Assembly: GCA_964600865.1 (NCBI GenBank)
Contig: CAZRJP010000004.1
Coordinates: forward strand, 1 to 38,309
DNA length: 38,309 bases
Source of the DNA: Candidatus Woesearchaeota archaeon
Lineage (GTDB): Archaea > Nanobdellota > Nanobdellia > Pacearchaeales > GW2011-AR1
Reading direction: 5' to 3'
Part shown: in pieces, positions 1 to 9,991 of the stretch
Layout: every line of letters starts with the position of its first letter
Position numbering within the stretch: position 1 is the first letter of the stretch
Made by a program: the position numbers and the translations under genes
The notes under the pieces: generated by a model
What the model saw: only the letters and a program-made list of their open reading frames with translations
Database searches by the model: none
Told to the model about the DNA's origin: nothing

Positions 1-3000
1 ACAAATATTAGTGAAGTTAATACATCTACAAGAGAACAGTTGTCTGGAGATTTAACATATGTTATTTTAAACTCAACCCTAGGAAATAATTATACAGATG
101 AGAATCTTACTGTTTACACGGACCAGGATGATAATGAGTCGTTAAAATTAATTAGAAATTGGTATAAGAATGATAGTTCAATTATGGCATTGAATATGCC
201 TTTTGAAGGTGGAAGTAACACTACTTGGACAAAGGATTACTCTGAAAATGGATATAATGGAACTGTTTATAATGCAACTTGGAATGCTACTGACGGGTTT
301 GATGGATTTGGAGCATATGATTTTGATGGTGATGGAGATTATATTGATATAGGTGACAAGGCTAATCTTAAAAACATTAATGAGTTGACATTAGAAACAT
401 GGTTTTATCCTAGAAAATTCCAGGAAGAGCATACAGGAATTATTACTAAGGGAGATATTACATTAAGTTCAGGAGCTTATGGGCTTAAATTAAGAGGGGA
501 TTCAGAAGGAACAGGAGAATGTAGTAATACTTTTACTGATGCCGATATAAGATTTCATATACGTACTTCTGCATCTACAGATATTTTATGCTTTGGTAAT
601 TTAAGTAACCTTTTGAATGAATGGCACCATCTTGTTGGAACTTATAATGGATCTGATATGAGGGTTTATTTAGATGGTGTGGAACAGGATTCTTTGTCTG
701 CTTCAGGAAGTATTGTGGATATTTCTGATCCAGTAAGAATTGCTTATAAGGGTGATTCCTCTGGTGCTTATTTTAATGGGAGTGTTGATGAAGTAAGAAT
801 ATACAATCGTTCTTTGTCAGAAGAGCAGGTAAAGGCATTATATAATAATGAGACAGATAAGATTGTTTCTCAAGAAACTTCTGTTGGAGATATATGGAAA
901 GCATGTATAACCCCTAATAATGGAACTGAAGATGGTGCGGAAAATTGTTCTAATAATTTGACGGTTCTTAGCAGTCCTTATCCATCAATGCAACAAGTAT
1001 TTGCAAATTCTTCTTCAGGAGATAATTTAACTTCAGAGAATTTAATTTGTTGGGCAAATGCAACAGATACAGATGGAGATAATTTAAGTTATAATGGAAC
1101 ATGGTATAAGAATGGAGTAGCAGATTTGAATTTTAATACAAGTCCTACAAACTATACTCAAGGAGTTTTGGTAAATGTTTCAACATTAGATTCAGGAAAT
1201 ACTTCTATGGAAGATGATTGGTCTTGTAGTGTTCAGGCTTATGATGGAGTATATTATAGTGGAGTTAGTTTTAGTGAGAATATTACGGTTCGTGGAACTT
1301 GTACTTGTATTAATTGTTCTGATTGTGAAGATAAACTAAATGATAACACTTGTGCAAAAGTTGAATTGATTAATGATATCAATATTTCTAGTGGGAATTG
1401 TATTGAAAGTGATGTTAATTTTACTGGAAAGACATTTGATTGTCAGGGATATTTAATAAATAATACAGGAACTTCAGATAAAGCAATTTATTTAGATGGA
1501 GAAGATGATAATACTATTATTAATTGTAAGATTCATAATTTTGATGATGGGATTTATACAGATAGTATATCAAATAACAATAATTTTACAAATAATACTC
1601 TTTATAATATAGGAGAACCAATAAGAATTGACGGAGATTATAATGTAATTGATGGAAATAATGTTTCTTGGGGTGGACAACAGAGTATTTATTCTTATCA
1701 GGGGGATTATAATAATATTACTAATAATAATATAGAATATGGGTCTTATGATGGAATTAGATTATATCAATCTGATTTTAATAGGTTAATTAATAATACT
1801 GCAAATAATCAAAGGAATGATTATCAAGGCACAGGAATTAGGATTTATGATGATTGCGATTATAATGTAATAGAAAACAATACTGCAGAGAACAATGGAG
1901 AATATGGATTTTATATTGTAGGAGGTGTTGGAACTACATTTAGTAATGGAAATCATTACAATAATTTTACAAATAATAATGCACATAATAATTCAATAGG
2001 TTTTAATTTAATGAGAAGTCCTTCCTCAGGCCACCATGATGAGGGTTTTAATCAATATAATAATTTTACAAATAATAATGCAACGAATAATACAGAAGAA
2101 TCTTTTAGTCTTCCTTATGGAAGTCACGCATTATATGCAGATGATTGCAGTAATGAATTTGACACAAGCAATATTGCTGGAGAAGGAAAACCATTGCTTT
2201 ATTTGAATAATGAAGATGGATTAGTTATGAGTGATTTAGATAATTACTCTCAAATAATGCTTTGTGGTGTGGACAATTCTGTTTTTGATAATATTACTCT
2301 TGAAAATGATGAAATAGGATATTCTGATTATTTGGTTACATATCTTAGTGAAAATATAACTATTAAAAATAGCAACATTCACGATACTTTTATGGGAATT
2401 TCTATGTATGGAAATGTTGATTCTAATTTAAGCAATAATAATGTTTCTGAAACTTATGATAAGGGAATAGTAGAGTCTAGTGGAACCAATAACAATATTG
2501 AGAATAATATCATAGAATATAGTGGTGCCTCATTAGATATCAATGGTGCTTTGCACTTAGGAAGAACTGATGAGGATAATATAACTAACAATAAAATAAT
2601 TAATTCTTATGATGGGCATGGAATTTATATTTATTATAGTGATTATAATTTATTTGAGGGAAATAATGTATCTAATAATGAGGAAAGAGGCATTTATTCA
2701 GATATTACATCTGATTATAATGTTTTTGATAATAATACTATTGAGTTTAATGATGAAGAAGGAATTTATATTATAAATTCTCCTGCAAATATTACAAATA
2801 ATAGGGTAAACCATAATGGTGCTGAAGTTGATGCCTCTGGTGTTTTTACAGATGATAGTGAAGTCCATTTATTTGTCAATAATACCTTGATTAATAACTC
2901 TGGGGAGGGTGCCCATTTAGATTATTATATTTATCAAATAGGAAACATTACAGGAAATGAAATCCATAATAATAGTGAAAATGGACTGTTTACTTTTGGT

Positions 3001-6000
3001 GGTCAAAATTTAATTATAGATTCCAATAATATCACTGGAAATGGAATAGGGAAATCATTATCTGATAGAAATGGAATTTATTTATGGGGGTATGAAAGGG
3101 ACAATGATTATTTCCAGGTAACAAACAATAATCTTGAAGATAATCATAATGGACTTTATATTTATGATATTACTAAGACAAACATTACAAATAATACTTT
3201 TATTAATAATTCCTATGCTTCTGGTAGCTCAGGAATTTTTCTTGAAGCAGATGTAAGTTATAATGCATTTAATTCTAATATCTTCAAAGAGAATACAATA
3301 GGATTACAAAGTGATAGCTCAGGAAGTAATCATTATAATAATTTCTCTGCTAATACTATTTATAATAATGAATATGGTATTGAAATTGAAAGTTTTGCTG
3401 GAGGTAATAATATTTTTTATCTCAATAATTTATCATCGAATAGAATTATTGGATTGCGGATTGATTCTGATAATAATAATGTAACAAAGAATTTTATTGT
3501 AGATAATCCTTCTGGAGTTAATTTATCCTCTGGTGCAGATAATAATAGGGTTTTTGATAATTATTTTAATAATACTAATGATGCAGATGATGAGGGAAGT
3601 TTAGGAGATAATTTTTGGAATACAACATACAATTGTGATGGGGAAGAAAACATCATTGGAGGAGATTGTATTGGAGGTAATTTTTGGGCAAGTTATTATG
3701 ATAGAAGAAATGCAACAGATAGAGATGGAGATGGAATAGGTGATGATGTTATACCCTGGAGTTCTTCAGAAAGTTTAGATATATATGGGAATGTTCAAGA
3801 TTATTTACCTTTGACTATAATAAGGTGTGGGGATGAGTTAGTAGATGATACTAATTTAACTAGTTATAATAATCTTACAAATTGTTCTAGTAATGGATTA
3901 AATATCATTTCAAATGAGGTAAGTTTAGATTGTGATTTACAGATTATTAATTCTACGGGAAATAATTATGGAATTCATGTAGATAGTGTTAAAAATATTA
4001 GTGTAGAAAATTGTAATATAAAGAATTTTTCAACAGGTATTTATGTTAATGGCTCAAATTATTCTACTCTTAAACACAATCTTTTAAGATATAATGTTTT
4101 GGGGATAAATGTAAGTGAGAATTCTAATGATAGTTTAATTTATTATAATTATTTTAATAATACTAATGATAATAATGCTTATGATTTAGGAACAGATACT
4201 GATTGGAATAATTCTGTTTTAGGTAATTTTTGGAGTGATTATTATGAAGAGAATTATACAGATAGTCCTAGGGATGATTATAATTTATCTGTTTATGGAG
4301 GTATTGCAATAGATGGGACAACTATTGATGGCAATATTGATTATGAGCCACACACATTAGACCAGTATTATGACTCAATTTTTGAATGTGGAGCAGTAAT
4401 TACTGCAGAATATAATAATAAGGAGATAAATCTAATAAATGATTTAGAGTGTGAAGGAGATGGGATTATAATTGACTTTTATTCTGAAGGTAGTGTAGAC
4501 AATATAACAATAGACTGTGATGGAGATTCTTTAACAGGTGATGGAACTGGATCTGGAATTAAAGCAATAGGTCAAGGAGAGAGGGATAGGGAATTTAAAA
4601 ATTCTGAGATAAAAAATTGCGAGATACATGATTTTGATAGGGCTATAGAATTTAAATCTCATGCTTATGCAGAATCAGGATGTTTAGTTGGAGGATGTCC
4701 TGCTAGGGAATGGAAAAAACAAGTAATTCATGATATTTCTATAGATAATAATAAACTTAATAGTTCTGTTTATGGAATTGATATTTCATCTGATGAGGAT
4801 ATTTATGAAGTTGCAGGAAGTTGTGTTTGGCCTTGTAATGATGCATGTGAAACTGCAGATGTTTATAATTTAAATATAACTAATAATGATATTACTGAAA
4901 ATTTCTATGGGGTGTATTTAACAAATGATCCTTCGGATGATTCTTCTGATTGTAGTGATAGTGAAGAGGATGCAAATGTTAGAAATTTTAATGTTAGTTC
5001 TAATATTATTAGTGGGAATACTTATGGAATTAAATTAACAAGAGAGGCCTCTAGAGATGAATTTCCTAAATTAAATACTTTTTATAATAATTTCTTTAAT
5101 AATACTAATGAAGAGAATATGTCTTCTGGTTCACAAGAGAATTATTGGAATATTTCTTATAGTTCAGGATTAAATATTGTTGGGGGGTATCAAATGGGAG
5201 GAAATTATTGGACTAATTATACTGGAAGTGATGATGGTTCAGGATCAAGTCATCCATGGAATATTTCTGGAGATTATATTGGGGATACTTTAATTCCTTT
5301 TAATGGGACGACAAATGAAAGTGTAGTAAATGGAGGGGATTGGTTACCTTTAATATTCTATAATATACTTTCTGAGATGGAGGAGGTTTTTGTAAATTCA
5401 TCAACTGGAAATAATTATTCTGCAGATGACTTAATATGTTATGCTCAAGCAAGTGATGAAGATGGAGATAATTTAAGTTATAATGGAACATGGTATAAAA
5501 ATGGGGCAGTAAATTTTAGTTTTGATACAAGCCCTACAAACTATACTCAAGGAGTTTTGGTAAATGTTTCAACATTAGATTCAGGAAATACTTCTATAGG
5601 AGAGAATTGGTCTTGCAGTGTTCAAAGTTATGATAGTAAGAATTATTCTGGTGTTTTATTTTCTAGTAATTTAACAATTGAGGATTCAACTCCTCCAAAT
5701 GTAACAATAAATACTCCACTTAATCAAACTTATGTAACTGATGAAATTAATTTTAATGTAACTGCAACAGATAATTATATTGGAGTAGATTCTTGCTGGT
5801 TTACTTTAAATTCAGGGGTTACAAATTACACTTTACAAAATACAACATATGTAGATGATTATAATTATACTAATTCATCAATGGCTCAAAGTAGTCACAT
5901 TGCTGAGTTTTATTGTAATGATTCAAATAATAATATTAATAATTCAGAAAATGTGGGTTTTTTCATAGATTCAATTAATCCTTTAATTGACATAGAAACA

Positions 6001-8805
6001 CCTGCAAATAATACAAATTCATCAAATACTGAATTAGATGTGAATTACACTTACACTGAAATTAATCCTGATACTTGCTGGTATAGTAATGATAGTATGA
6101 GTGAGAATACAACCTTGACAAATTGTGGTGATAATATTACTTCTGTTATATGGACTGAGGGAGAACATAATGTTACTGTATGGATAAATGATACTGCAAA
6201 TAATGTAAATAGTTCTAGTGTTGTATTTACTATTGATATATCAAGTCCTGTATTTAGTAGTGAAGTAAACACCTCAAATGAATTTAAAAGATATGAAAAC
6301 TTTACTGCAAATATTACAATAGATGATGCTCATTTAGATACTTACATATTTTCAACAAATGCTTCAGGTTCATGGGCAAATACAAGTGTGAGTATTTTAG
6401 GAAATACAACTTATAATGCATCTCATCAAGATAATATAACTCTTTCACAAGGTAATAGTATTTGTTGGTATTATTATGCAAATGATACTTTAGGAAATGA
6501 TGATTACTCTTTAGAGTATTGTTTTACTGTTAATAATACTGCTTCAGTAATACAAGAAGTATTTGCAAATTCATCAACTGGAAATAATTTAACTTCAGAT
6601 AATTTAACTTGTTGGGCTAATGCAACTGACTTAGATAATAATACTTTAAATTATACTGGTTATTGGTATAAAAATGGAACAAAACAAACAAATTTAAGTA
6701 TAAATGCCTCTGATGATTATACTCAAGGAGAATTGATTAATGTTTCTTTACTTGATTCAGGAAATACTTCTGTTGGAGATAATTGGACATGTAATGTTTC
6801 TGCTTTTGATGGAGATGATTATTCTGATTATAGTTCAAGTGAAAATCTTACTATAGTTGATATAATAAATCCTCAGGTGAATATTACATTGCCAACTGCA
6901 ACAACTTATTCTTCAGGAGATGTGGATATTGAAATTAATCTTAATGAAGCAGGTTATTGTGAATATAGTATGAATGAGGGTGTAAGCAATTCAACTTTAA
7001 CAAACTCAACTAATTTAACAAAGTATACTGGAAGTTTGTCTTTAAGTAATGGAGATTATATTTTGAATGCTTATTGTAATGATAGTTATGGAAATAATAA
7101 TTATACAGAGAATGTGAGTTTTAGTGTTTCTATACCTTCAGATGATGATGGGGACGATGGTGGTGGGGGTGGAGGAAGTTGTACTCCAGATTGTACTGAT
7201 AAGGAATGTGGTGATGATGGTTGTGGGGGTAGTTGTGGAACTTGTGATGATGGATTTACTTGTGAGAGTGGCCAGTGTATTTCAGATTGTACTGAAGATT
7301 GGGAATGTACTGAATGGGGTGGGTGTGATGATGGAATTAGAACAAGAACATGTACTGATTTAAATGAATGTGGAACTGAATTAAATAAACCTGATGAAAC
7401 AGAAGAGTGCGATGAAGATTGTACTGAAGATTGGGAGTGTTCATATACAACTTGTGAAGAAGGAGATGATTATAGTTATCCTTATGATTGTGTGGATTTA
7501 AATGCATGTGGAACGGAATTTGATAAACCTACTGACCCTATTGAATGTGATAGTGTTGATGAAGAGAGTGTTATAGAGGGAGATAGGGGAGATATAAGCA
7601 CTGATGGCAGACATTGTGAGACAGAGTGGAATTGTATGGAGTGGGGAGAGTGTAGGTCTGCATATGACATGAAGGATTTATTAAAGGATAGAGTTTCACT
7701 TTCTGGAATCCAAAAAAGAGAGTGTATTGATGAAAATGATTGTTATCCAGATAAAATAGAAAAAAGACCATGTAAAATAGAATCAAAAGTAAATGCAGAT
7801 AGGGTTCAATGGTGTGAACAAACATATATAGAAATTTATGATAAAGATACAGATAATCTTGTAGGTAGAATTGAGGAACAACAGGGAGCAAGTTTAACTG
7901 GTTTAGCAACATTAGATATAGAGTTTATAACAAGTAAATTTAAGGGTTATTGTAGTTATTGTTATGATGGTATTAAGAATTATGATGAAACAGGAATAGA
8001 TTGTGGTGGGCCTTCTTGTCCAAGGTGTATAGAGGAGATAGAATTCTTTAATTGGATGCCTTTTGCAATCATCTTATTATGGGCATTGGTTTTTGGAGGT
8101 TCAGGAACAATAGTTTGGATTGAAAGAAGTGACTTACTTAATTATTATAGGGAATTACAAAGGCAAGAGTTAGATAAGGCTACTTTATCAAAGACTTCTA
8201 AGAAGACTGAAAAGAGAGTAACTAAGGGAATCAAAAAGATAAGTAAAAGTTCAGAATTAGCAGATATTAAATCTGGAGAAGAAGTTTTTAAGAAGATGTT
8301 GAAAGGAATTAAACCAAAGAAAGGACATAAGGGGAGTAGAAAGACTCATCTCGGGATATTAGATACTAAACCTGAATTAAGAGAGAATAGTAAAGTAGGA
8401 AAAAGCCCGTCTCAGAAACAAAAAGATAAGAAAAAATATAGTATAGCTAAAAAATTGTCTAAATTAATGTCTTTTAAATCTAAAGCCAAAAAGCCAAAAA
8501 AACAGGTTAAGAAGACTAAAAAAATAAAAAAGAAGAGCGAACTTTCTTCTGGGGCTAAAAATGCTATTGGAAGTACTAAAGAGCATTTAAGGAAAGGAAG
8601 TAGAGGAATAAAGCATACTACTAAAAAGAAACCTAAACAAACTAAAAAGAGTTCTAAAGGGTTTAAGAAAAAATTAAAATCTTTATTTAAAAAAGAAATA
8701 AAAACTCAGGAGAAAAAGAAATCTAAGGATGAATCTGTTTCAGATAGGGTTAAAGGTGTAATTAATAAGACTAAATCAGATTTAAAAGATAAGGATTTTA
8801 ATTAA
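1..8805 (+). CDS. Giant membrane-anchored cell-surface protein, 5'-partial (>2,930 aa): LamG/ConA-like lectin domain, very long parallel beta-helix (PbH1/NosD-like) region, repeated ~100-aa modules, Ig-like modules, Cys-rich modules, C-terminal TM helix, Lys-rich cytoplasmic tail
   Basis: Frame 1 is open from nt 1 (TNISEVNTSTREQ...), so the TTG at 40 in the ORF track is probably internal. LTLETWFYP...WHHLVGTYNGSDMRVYLDG...VRIYNRSLSEEQVKALY is a LamG-type signature. Dozens of Asn-rich ~22-aa repeats (NNFTNN, GIYI, NNxI) are typical of right-handed beta-helices. TM FFNWMPFAIILLWALVFGGSGTIVWI lies at 8044-8120. Stop TAA at 8803-8805. Confidence 0.85.
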   Translation, partial: TNISEVNTSTREQLSGDLTYVILNSTLGNNYTDENLTVYTDQDDNESLKLIRNWYKNDSSIMALNMPFEGGSNTTWTKDYSENGYNGTVYNATWNATDGFDGFGAYDFDGDGDYIDIGDKANLKNINELTLETWFYPRKFQEEHTGIITKGDITLSSGAYGLKLRGDSEGTGECSNTFTDADIRFHIRTSASTDILCFGNLSNLLNEWHHLVGTYNGSDMRVYLDGVEQDSLSASGSIVDISDPVRIAYKGDSSGAYFNGSVDEVRIYNRSLSEEQVKALYNNETDKIVSQETSVGDIWKACITPNNGTEDGAENCSNNLTVLSSPYPSMQQVFANSSSGDNLTSENLICWANATDTDGDNLSYNGTWYKNGVADLNFNTSPTNYTQGVLVNVSTLDSGNTSMEDDWSCSVQAYDGVYYSGVSFSENITVRGTCTCINCSDCEDKLNDNTCAKVELINDINISSGNCIESDVNFTGKTFDCQGYLINNTGTSDKAIYLDGEDDNTIINCKIHNFDDGIYTDSISNNNNFTNNTLYNIGEPIRIDGDYNVIDGNNVSWGGQQSIYSYQGDYNNITNNNIEYGSYDGIRLYQSDFNRLINNTANNQRNDYQGTGIRIYDDCDYNVIENNTAENNGEYGFYIVGGVGTTFSNGNHYNNFTNNNAHNNSIGFNLMRSPSSGHHDEGFNQYNNFTNNNATNNTEESFSLPYGSHALYADDCSNEFDTSNIAGEGKPLLYLNNEDGLVMSDLDNYSQIMLCGVDNSVFDNITLENDEIGYSDYLVTYLSENITIKNSNIHDTFMGISMYGNVDSNLSNNNVSETYDKGIVESSGTNNNIENNIIEYSGASLDINGALHLGRTDEDNITNNKIINSYDGHGIYIYYSDYNLFEGNNVSNNEERGIYSDITSDYNVFDNNTIEFNDEEGIYIINSPANITNNRVNHNGAEVDASGVFTDDSEVHLFVNNTLINNSGEGAHLDYYIYQIGNITGNEIHNNSENGLFTFGGQNLIIDSNNITGNGIGKSLSDRNGIYLWGYERDNDYFQVTNNNLEDNHNGLYIYDITKTNITNNTFINNSYASGSSGIFLEADVSYNAFNSNIFKENTIGLQSDSSGSNHYNNFSANTIYNNEYGIEIESFAGGNNIFYLNNLSSNRIIGLRIDSDNNNVTKNFIVDNPSGVNLSSGADNNRVFDNYFNNTNDADDEGSLGDNFWNTTYNCDGEENIIGGDCIGGNFWASYYDRRNATDRDGDGIGDDVIPWSSSESLDIYGNVQDYLPLTIIRCGDELVDDTNLTSYNNLTNCSSNGLNIISNEVSLDCDLQIINSTGNNYGIHVDSVKNISVENCNIKNFSTGIYVNGSNYSTLKHNLLRYNVLGINVSENSNDSLIYYNYFNNTNDNNAYDLGTDTDWNNSVLGNFWSDYYEENYTDSPRDDYNLSVYGGIAIDGTTIDGNIDYEPHTLDQYYDSIFECGAVITAEYNNKEINLINDLECEGDGIIIDFYSEGSVDNITIDCDGDSLTGDGTGSGIKAIGQGERDREFKNSEIKNCEIHDFDRAIEFKSHAYAESGCLVGGCPAREWKKQVIHDISIDNNKLNSSVYGIDISSDEDIYEVAGSCVWPCNDACETADVYNLNITNNDITENFYGVYLTNDPSDDSSDCSDSEEDANVRNFNVSSNIISGNTYGIKLTREASRDEFPKLNTFYNNFFNNTNEENMSSGSQENYWNISYSSGLNIVGGYQMGGNYWTNYTGSDDGSGSSHPWNISGDYIGDTLIPFNGTTNESVVNGGDWLPLIFYNILSEMEEVFVNSSTGNNYSADDLICYAQASDEDGDNLSYNGTWYKNGAVNFSFDTSPTNYTQGVLVNVSTLDSGNTSIGENWSCSVQSYDSKNYSGVLFSSNLTIEDSTPPNVTINTPLNQTYVTDEINFNVTATDNYIGVDSCWFTLNSGVTNYTLQNTTYVDDYNYTNSSMAQSSHIAEFYCNDSNNNINNSENVGFFIDSINPLIDIETPANNTNSSNTELDVNYTYTEINPDTCWYSNDSMSENTTLTNCGDNITSVIWTEGEHNVTVWINDTANNVNSSSVVFTIDISSPVFSSEVNTSNEFKRYENFTANITIDDAHLDTYIFSTNASGSWANTSVSILGNTTYNASHQDNITLSQGNSICWYYYANDTLGNDDYSLEYCFTVNNTASVIQEVFANSSTGNNLTSDNLTCWANATDLDNNTLNYTGYWYKNGTKQTNLSINASDDYTQGELINVSLLDSGNTSVGDNWTCNVSAFDGDDYSDYSSSENLTIVDIINPQVNITLPTATTYSSGDVDIEINLNEAGYCEYSMNEGVSNSTLTNSTNLTKYTGSLSLSNGDYILNAYCNDSYGNNNYTENVSFSVSIPSDDDGDDGGGGGGSCTPDCTDKECGDDGCGGSCGTCDDGFTCESGQCISDCTEDWECTEWGGCDDGIRTRTCTDLNECGTELNKPDETEECDEDCTEDWECSYTTCEEGDDYSYPYDCVDLNACGTEFDKPTDPIECDSVDEESVIEGDRGDISTDGRHCETEWNCMEWGECRSAYDMKDLLKDRVSLSGIQKRECIDENDCYPDKIEKRPCKIESKVNADRVQWCEQTYIEIYDKDTDNLVGRIEEQQGASLTGLATLDIEFITSKFKGYCSYCYDGIKNYDETGIDCGGPSCPRCIEEIEFFNWMPFAIILLWALVFGGSGTIVWIERSDLLNYYRELQRQELDKATLSKTSKKTEKRVTKGIKKISKSSELADIKSGEEVFKKMLKGIKPKKGHKGSRKTHLGILDTKPELRENSKVGKSPSQKQKDKKKYSIAKKLSKLMSFKSKAKKPKKQVKKTKKIKKKSELSSGAKNAIGSTKEHLRKGSRGIKHTTKKKPKQTKKSSKGFKKKLKSLFKKEIKTQEKKKSKDESVSDRVKGVINKTKSDLKDKDFN
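991..1290 (+). repeat. Intragenic ~100-aa module, copy 1 of 3
   Basis: QQVFANSSSGDNLTSENLICWANATDTDGDNLSYNGTWYKNG...DDWSCSVQAYDG. Nt 1144-1208 are identical to 5533-5597 (65 nt). Confidence 0.85.
5380..5685 (+). repeat. Intragenic ~100-aa module, copy 2 of 3
   Basis: EEVFVNSSTGNNYSADDLICYAQASDEDGDNLSYNGTWYKNG...ENWSCSVQSYDS. Shares the identical 65-mer with copy 1. Confidence 0.85.
6550..6861 (+). repeat. Intragenic ~100-aa module, copy 3 of 3 (more diverged)
   Basis: IQEVFANSSTGNNLTSDNLTCWANATDLDNNTLNYTGYWYKNG...DNWTCNVSAFDG. Confidence 0.8.
7177..7773 (+). other. Cys-rich module region of the giant protein (three C-x-E-x-W-x-C ... C-x-D-x-N-x-C units plus flanking CxxC clusters)
   Basis: CTEDWECTEWGGCDDGIRTRTCTDLNECG..., CTEDWECSYTTCEEGDDYSYPYDCVDLNACG..., CETEWNCMEWGECRS...RECIDENDCYP... 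Confidence 0.7.
8044..8802 (+). other. TM anchor (8044-8120) plus Lys-rich cytoplasmic tail of the giant protein
   Basis: A hydrophobic 26-aa segment is followed by a tail with 69 Lys in about 227 aa (hand count), e.g. KAKKPKKQVKKTKKIKKK. Confidence 0.75.
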
Positions 8806-9253
8806 TTGTTACTAGAAATGTTTCTTCGTAATAAGCCCCGTCTTCATTTGTTGCCCTAACAGTATAAGTAAATTCTCCATCACTATCTGAATCCACTACA
8901 TTAGACCAATAAATATCTCCTCTAATTTCATCTAATATTCTCATTTCTGAAGGCCCATCAACTAAAGTATGAAGAATATCTCCATCACCGCTTGAATCAA
9001 TATCTGCAAAATATGCCTCCCCCTCTATTGCAGTATAAGCATTTGTATCTGGATAGATTCCTTCAATATTATCAAAATAAGGTCCATCTTTTTCTGCTTC
9101 TTGTTGCACATCTCCACTAATCATATCCGCATTACATCCTCCGATTAAAGGAGTAAAAATCAATGCTCCTCCAAGTACATAGGGAGCAATATCCTTACTT
9201 TTTTCTTTTAGGTATTCTTTTGTATTATTAACATAATCTTTTAATGATTTCAT
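8798..9253 (-). CDS. Small secreted or lipobox-like protein with an acidic cadherin-like domain
   Basis: N-terminal hydrophobic segment APYVLGGALIFTPLIGGC (Cys after a small-residue lipobox-like motif). C-terminal DSDSDGEFTYTVRATNEDG...FLVTIN. The stop overlaps the giant gene's stop by 8 nt (convergent). Confidence 0.6.
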   Translation of the reverse strand: MKSLKDYVNNTKEYLKEKSKDIAPYVLGGALIFTPLIGGCNADMISGDVQQEAEKDGPYFDNIEGIYPDTNAYTAIEGEAYFADIDSSGDGDILHTLVDGPSEMRILDEIRGDIYWSNVVDSDSDGEFTYTVRATNEDGAYYEETFLVTIN

Positions 9254-9343
9254 AGTTATTTTTAAGTGTTCTTTATATAAAAGGTTTCTGATTTTGATGT
9301 TTTTTGTAATTAAGTTTAAATACTTTTATCTTTAAAGATAATT

Positions 9344-9991
9344 ATGGGTAAAAAAAGAAGTAATATAGAGTGGATTGCTATAATTTTAATTGTTATTTTA
9401 TTAATTGTATATCTAATTATAGAACAAGGCATTTTAACAGGTAAGGCTCATAGTGAAGTAGAAAATAATACTAATATAGATTGGACCTTAACCAAAATTA
9501 TATCTAATGTTCAGTTTAAATCAGGATATACGGATAATTTTAAAGAGATGCAAAGAGCAAGGTTTGAGATTAATGAAACGAAGTATTATATTGGATTAAT
9601 TTCTTTAGAAAAGGATAGTGCTACAATTAGTGTTACTTCTCCTCATAGAAGAACATTGATTGAATTAGGTGAATCAAGAGCATTTGATTTTACTCATGAT
9701 AATATTGAAGATGCTAATCTCACGCTTAATTCAATTAACAATAATACTGCAGAATTTATTATAAAATCATTAGATGATAATGAATTAGGAACAAGTAATA
9801 TAGATAGGTATTCTGAGGAGAATCCGAATAAAGAATTATTTTGGACAAGTATAGGCATTTTATTTCTTATTTTATTTGGTTTTGTTTATTTAATTTATAG
9901 AAGAATAAGAATAATGCACCAGTATAAATTTAAAAAATCTCAATCTCAAAAAGATTTAAACATTAAAACCTCAGAACATAAGAATCTTTAA
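9344..9991 (+). CDS. Bitopic membrane protein, unknown function
   Basis: N-terminal TM WIAIILIVILLIVYLII and C-terminal TM WTSIGILFLILFGFVYLIY, followed by a basic tail. Confidence 0.6.
   Translation: MGKKRSNIEWIAIILIVILLIVYLIIEQGILTGKAHSEVENNTNIDWTLTKIISNVQFKSGYTDNFKEMQRARFEINETKYYIGLISLEKDSATISVTSPHRRTLIELGESRAFDFTHDNIEDANLTLNSINNNTAEFIIKSLDDNELGTSNIDRYSEENPNKELFWTSIGILFLILFGFVYLIYRRIRIMHQYKFKKSQSQKDLNIKTSEHKNL

Noticed and set aside
991-6861. Diversity-generating retroelement (template/variable repeat) explanation for the repeated modules in the giant gene
   Set aside because: Differences between copies include indels and substitutions at all bases rather than adenine-specific changes. 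No reverse transcriptase is in the window.
1786-7912. Antisense or alternate-frame ORFs inside the giant gene (1786..1986, 5300..5491, 6051..6272, 7124..7363, 7482..7670, 7571..7912)
   Set aside because: They are fully embedded in a strongly supported long CDS, have low-complexity or odd composition, and carry no motifs. They are typical shadow ORFs of AT-rich repetitive coding DNA.
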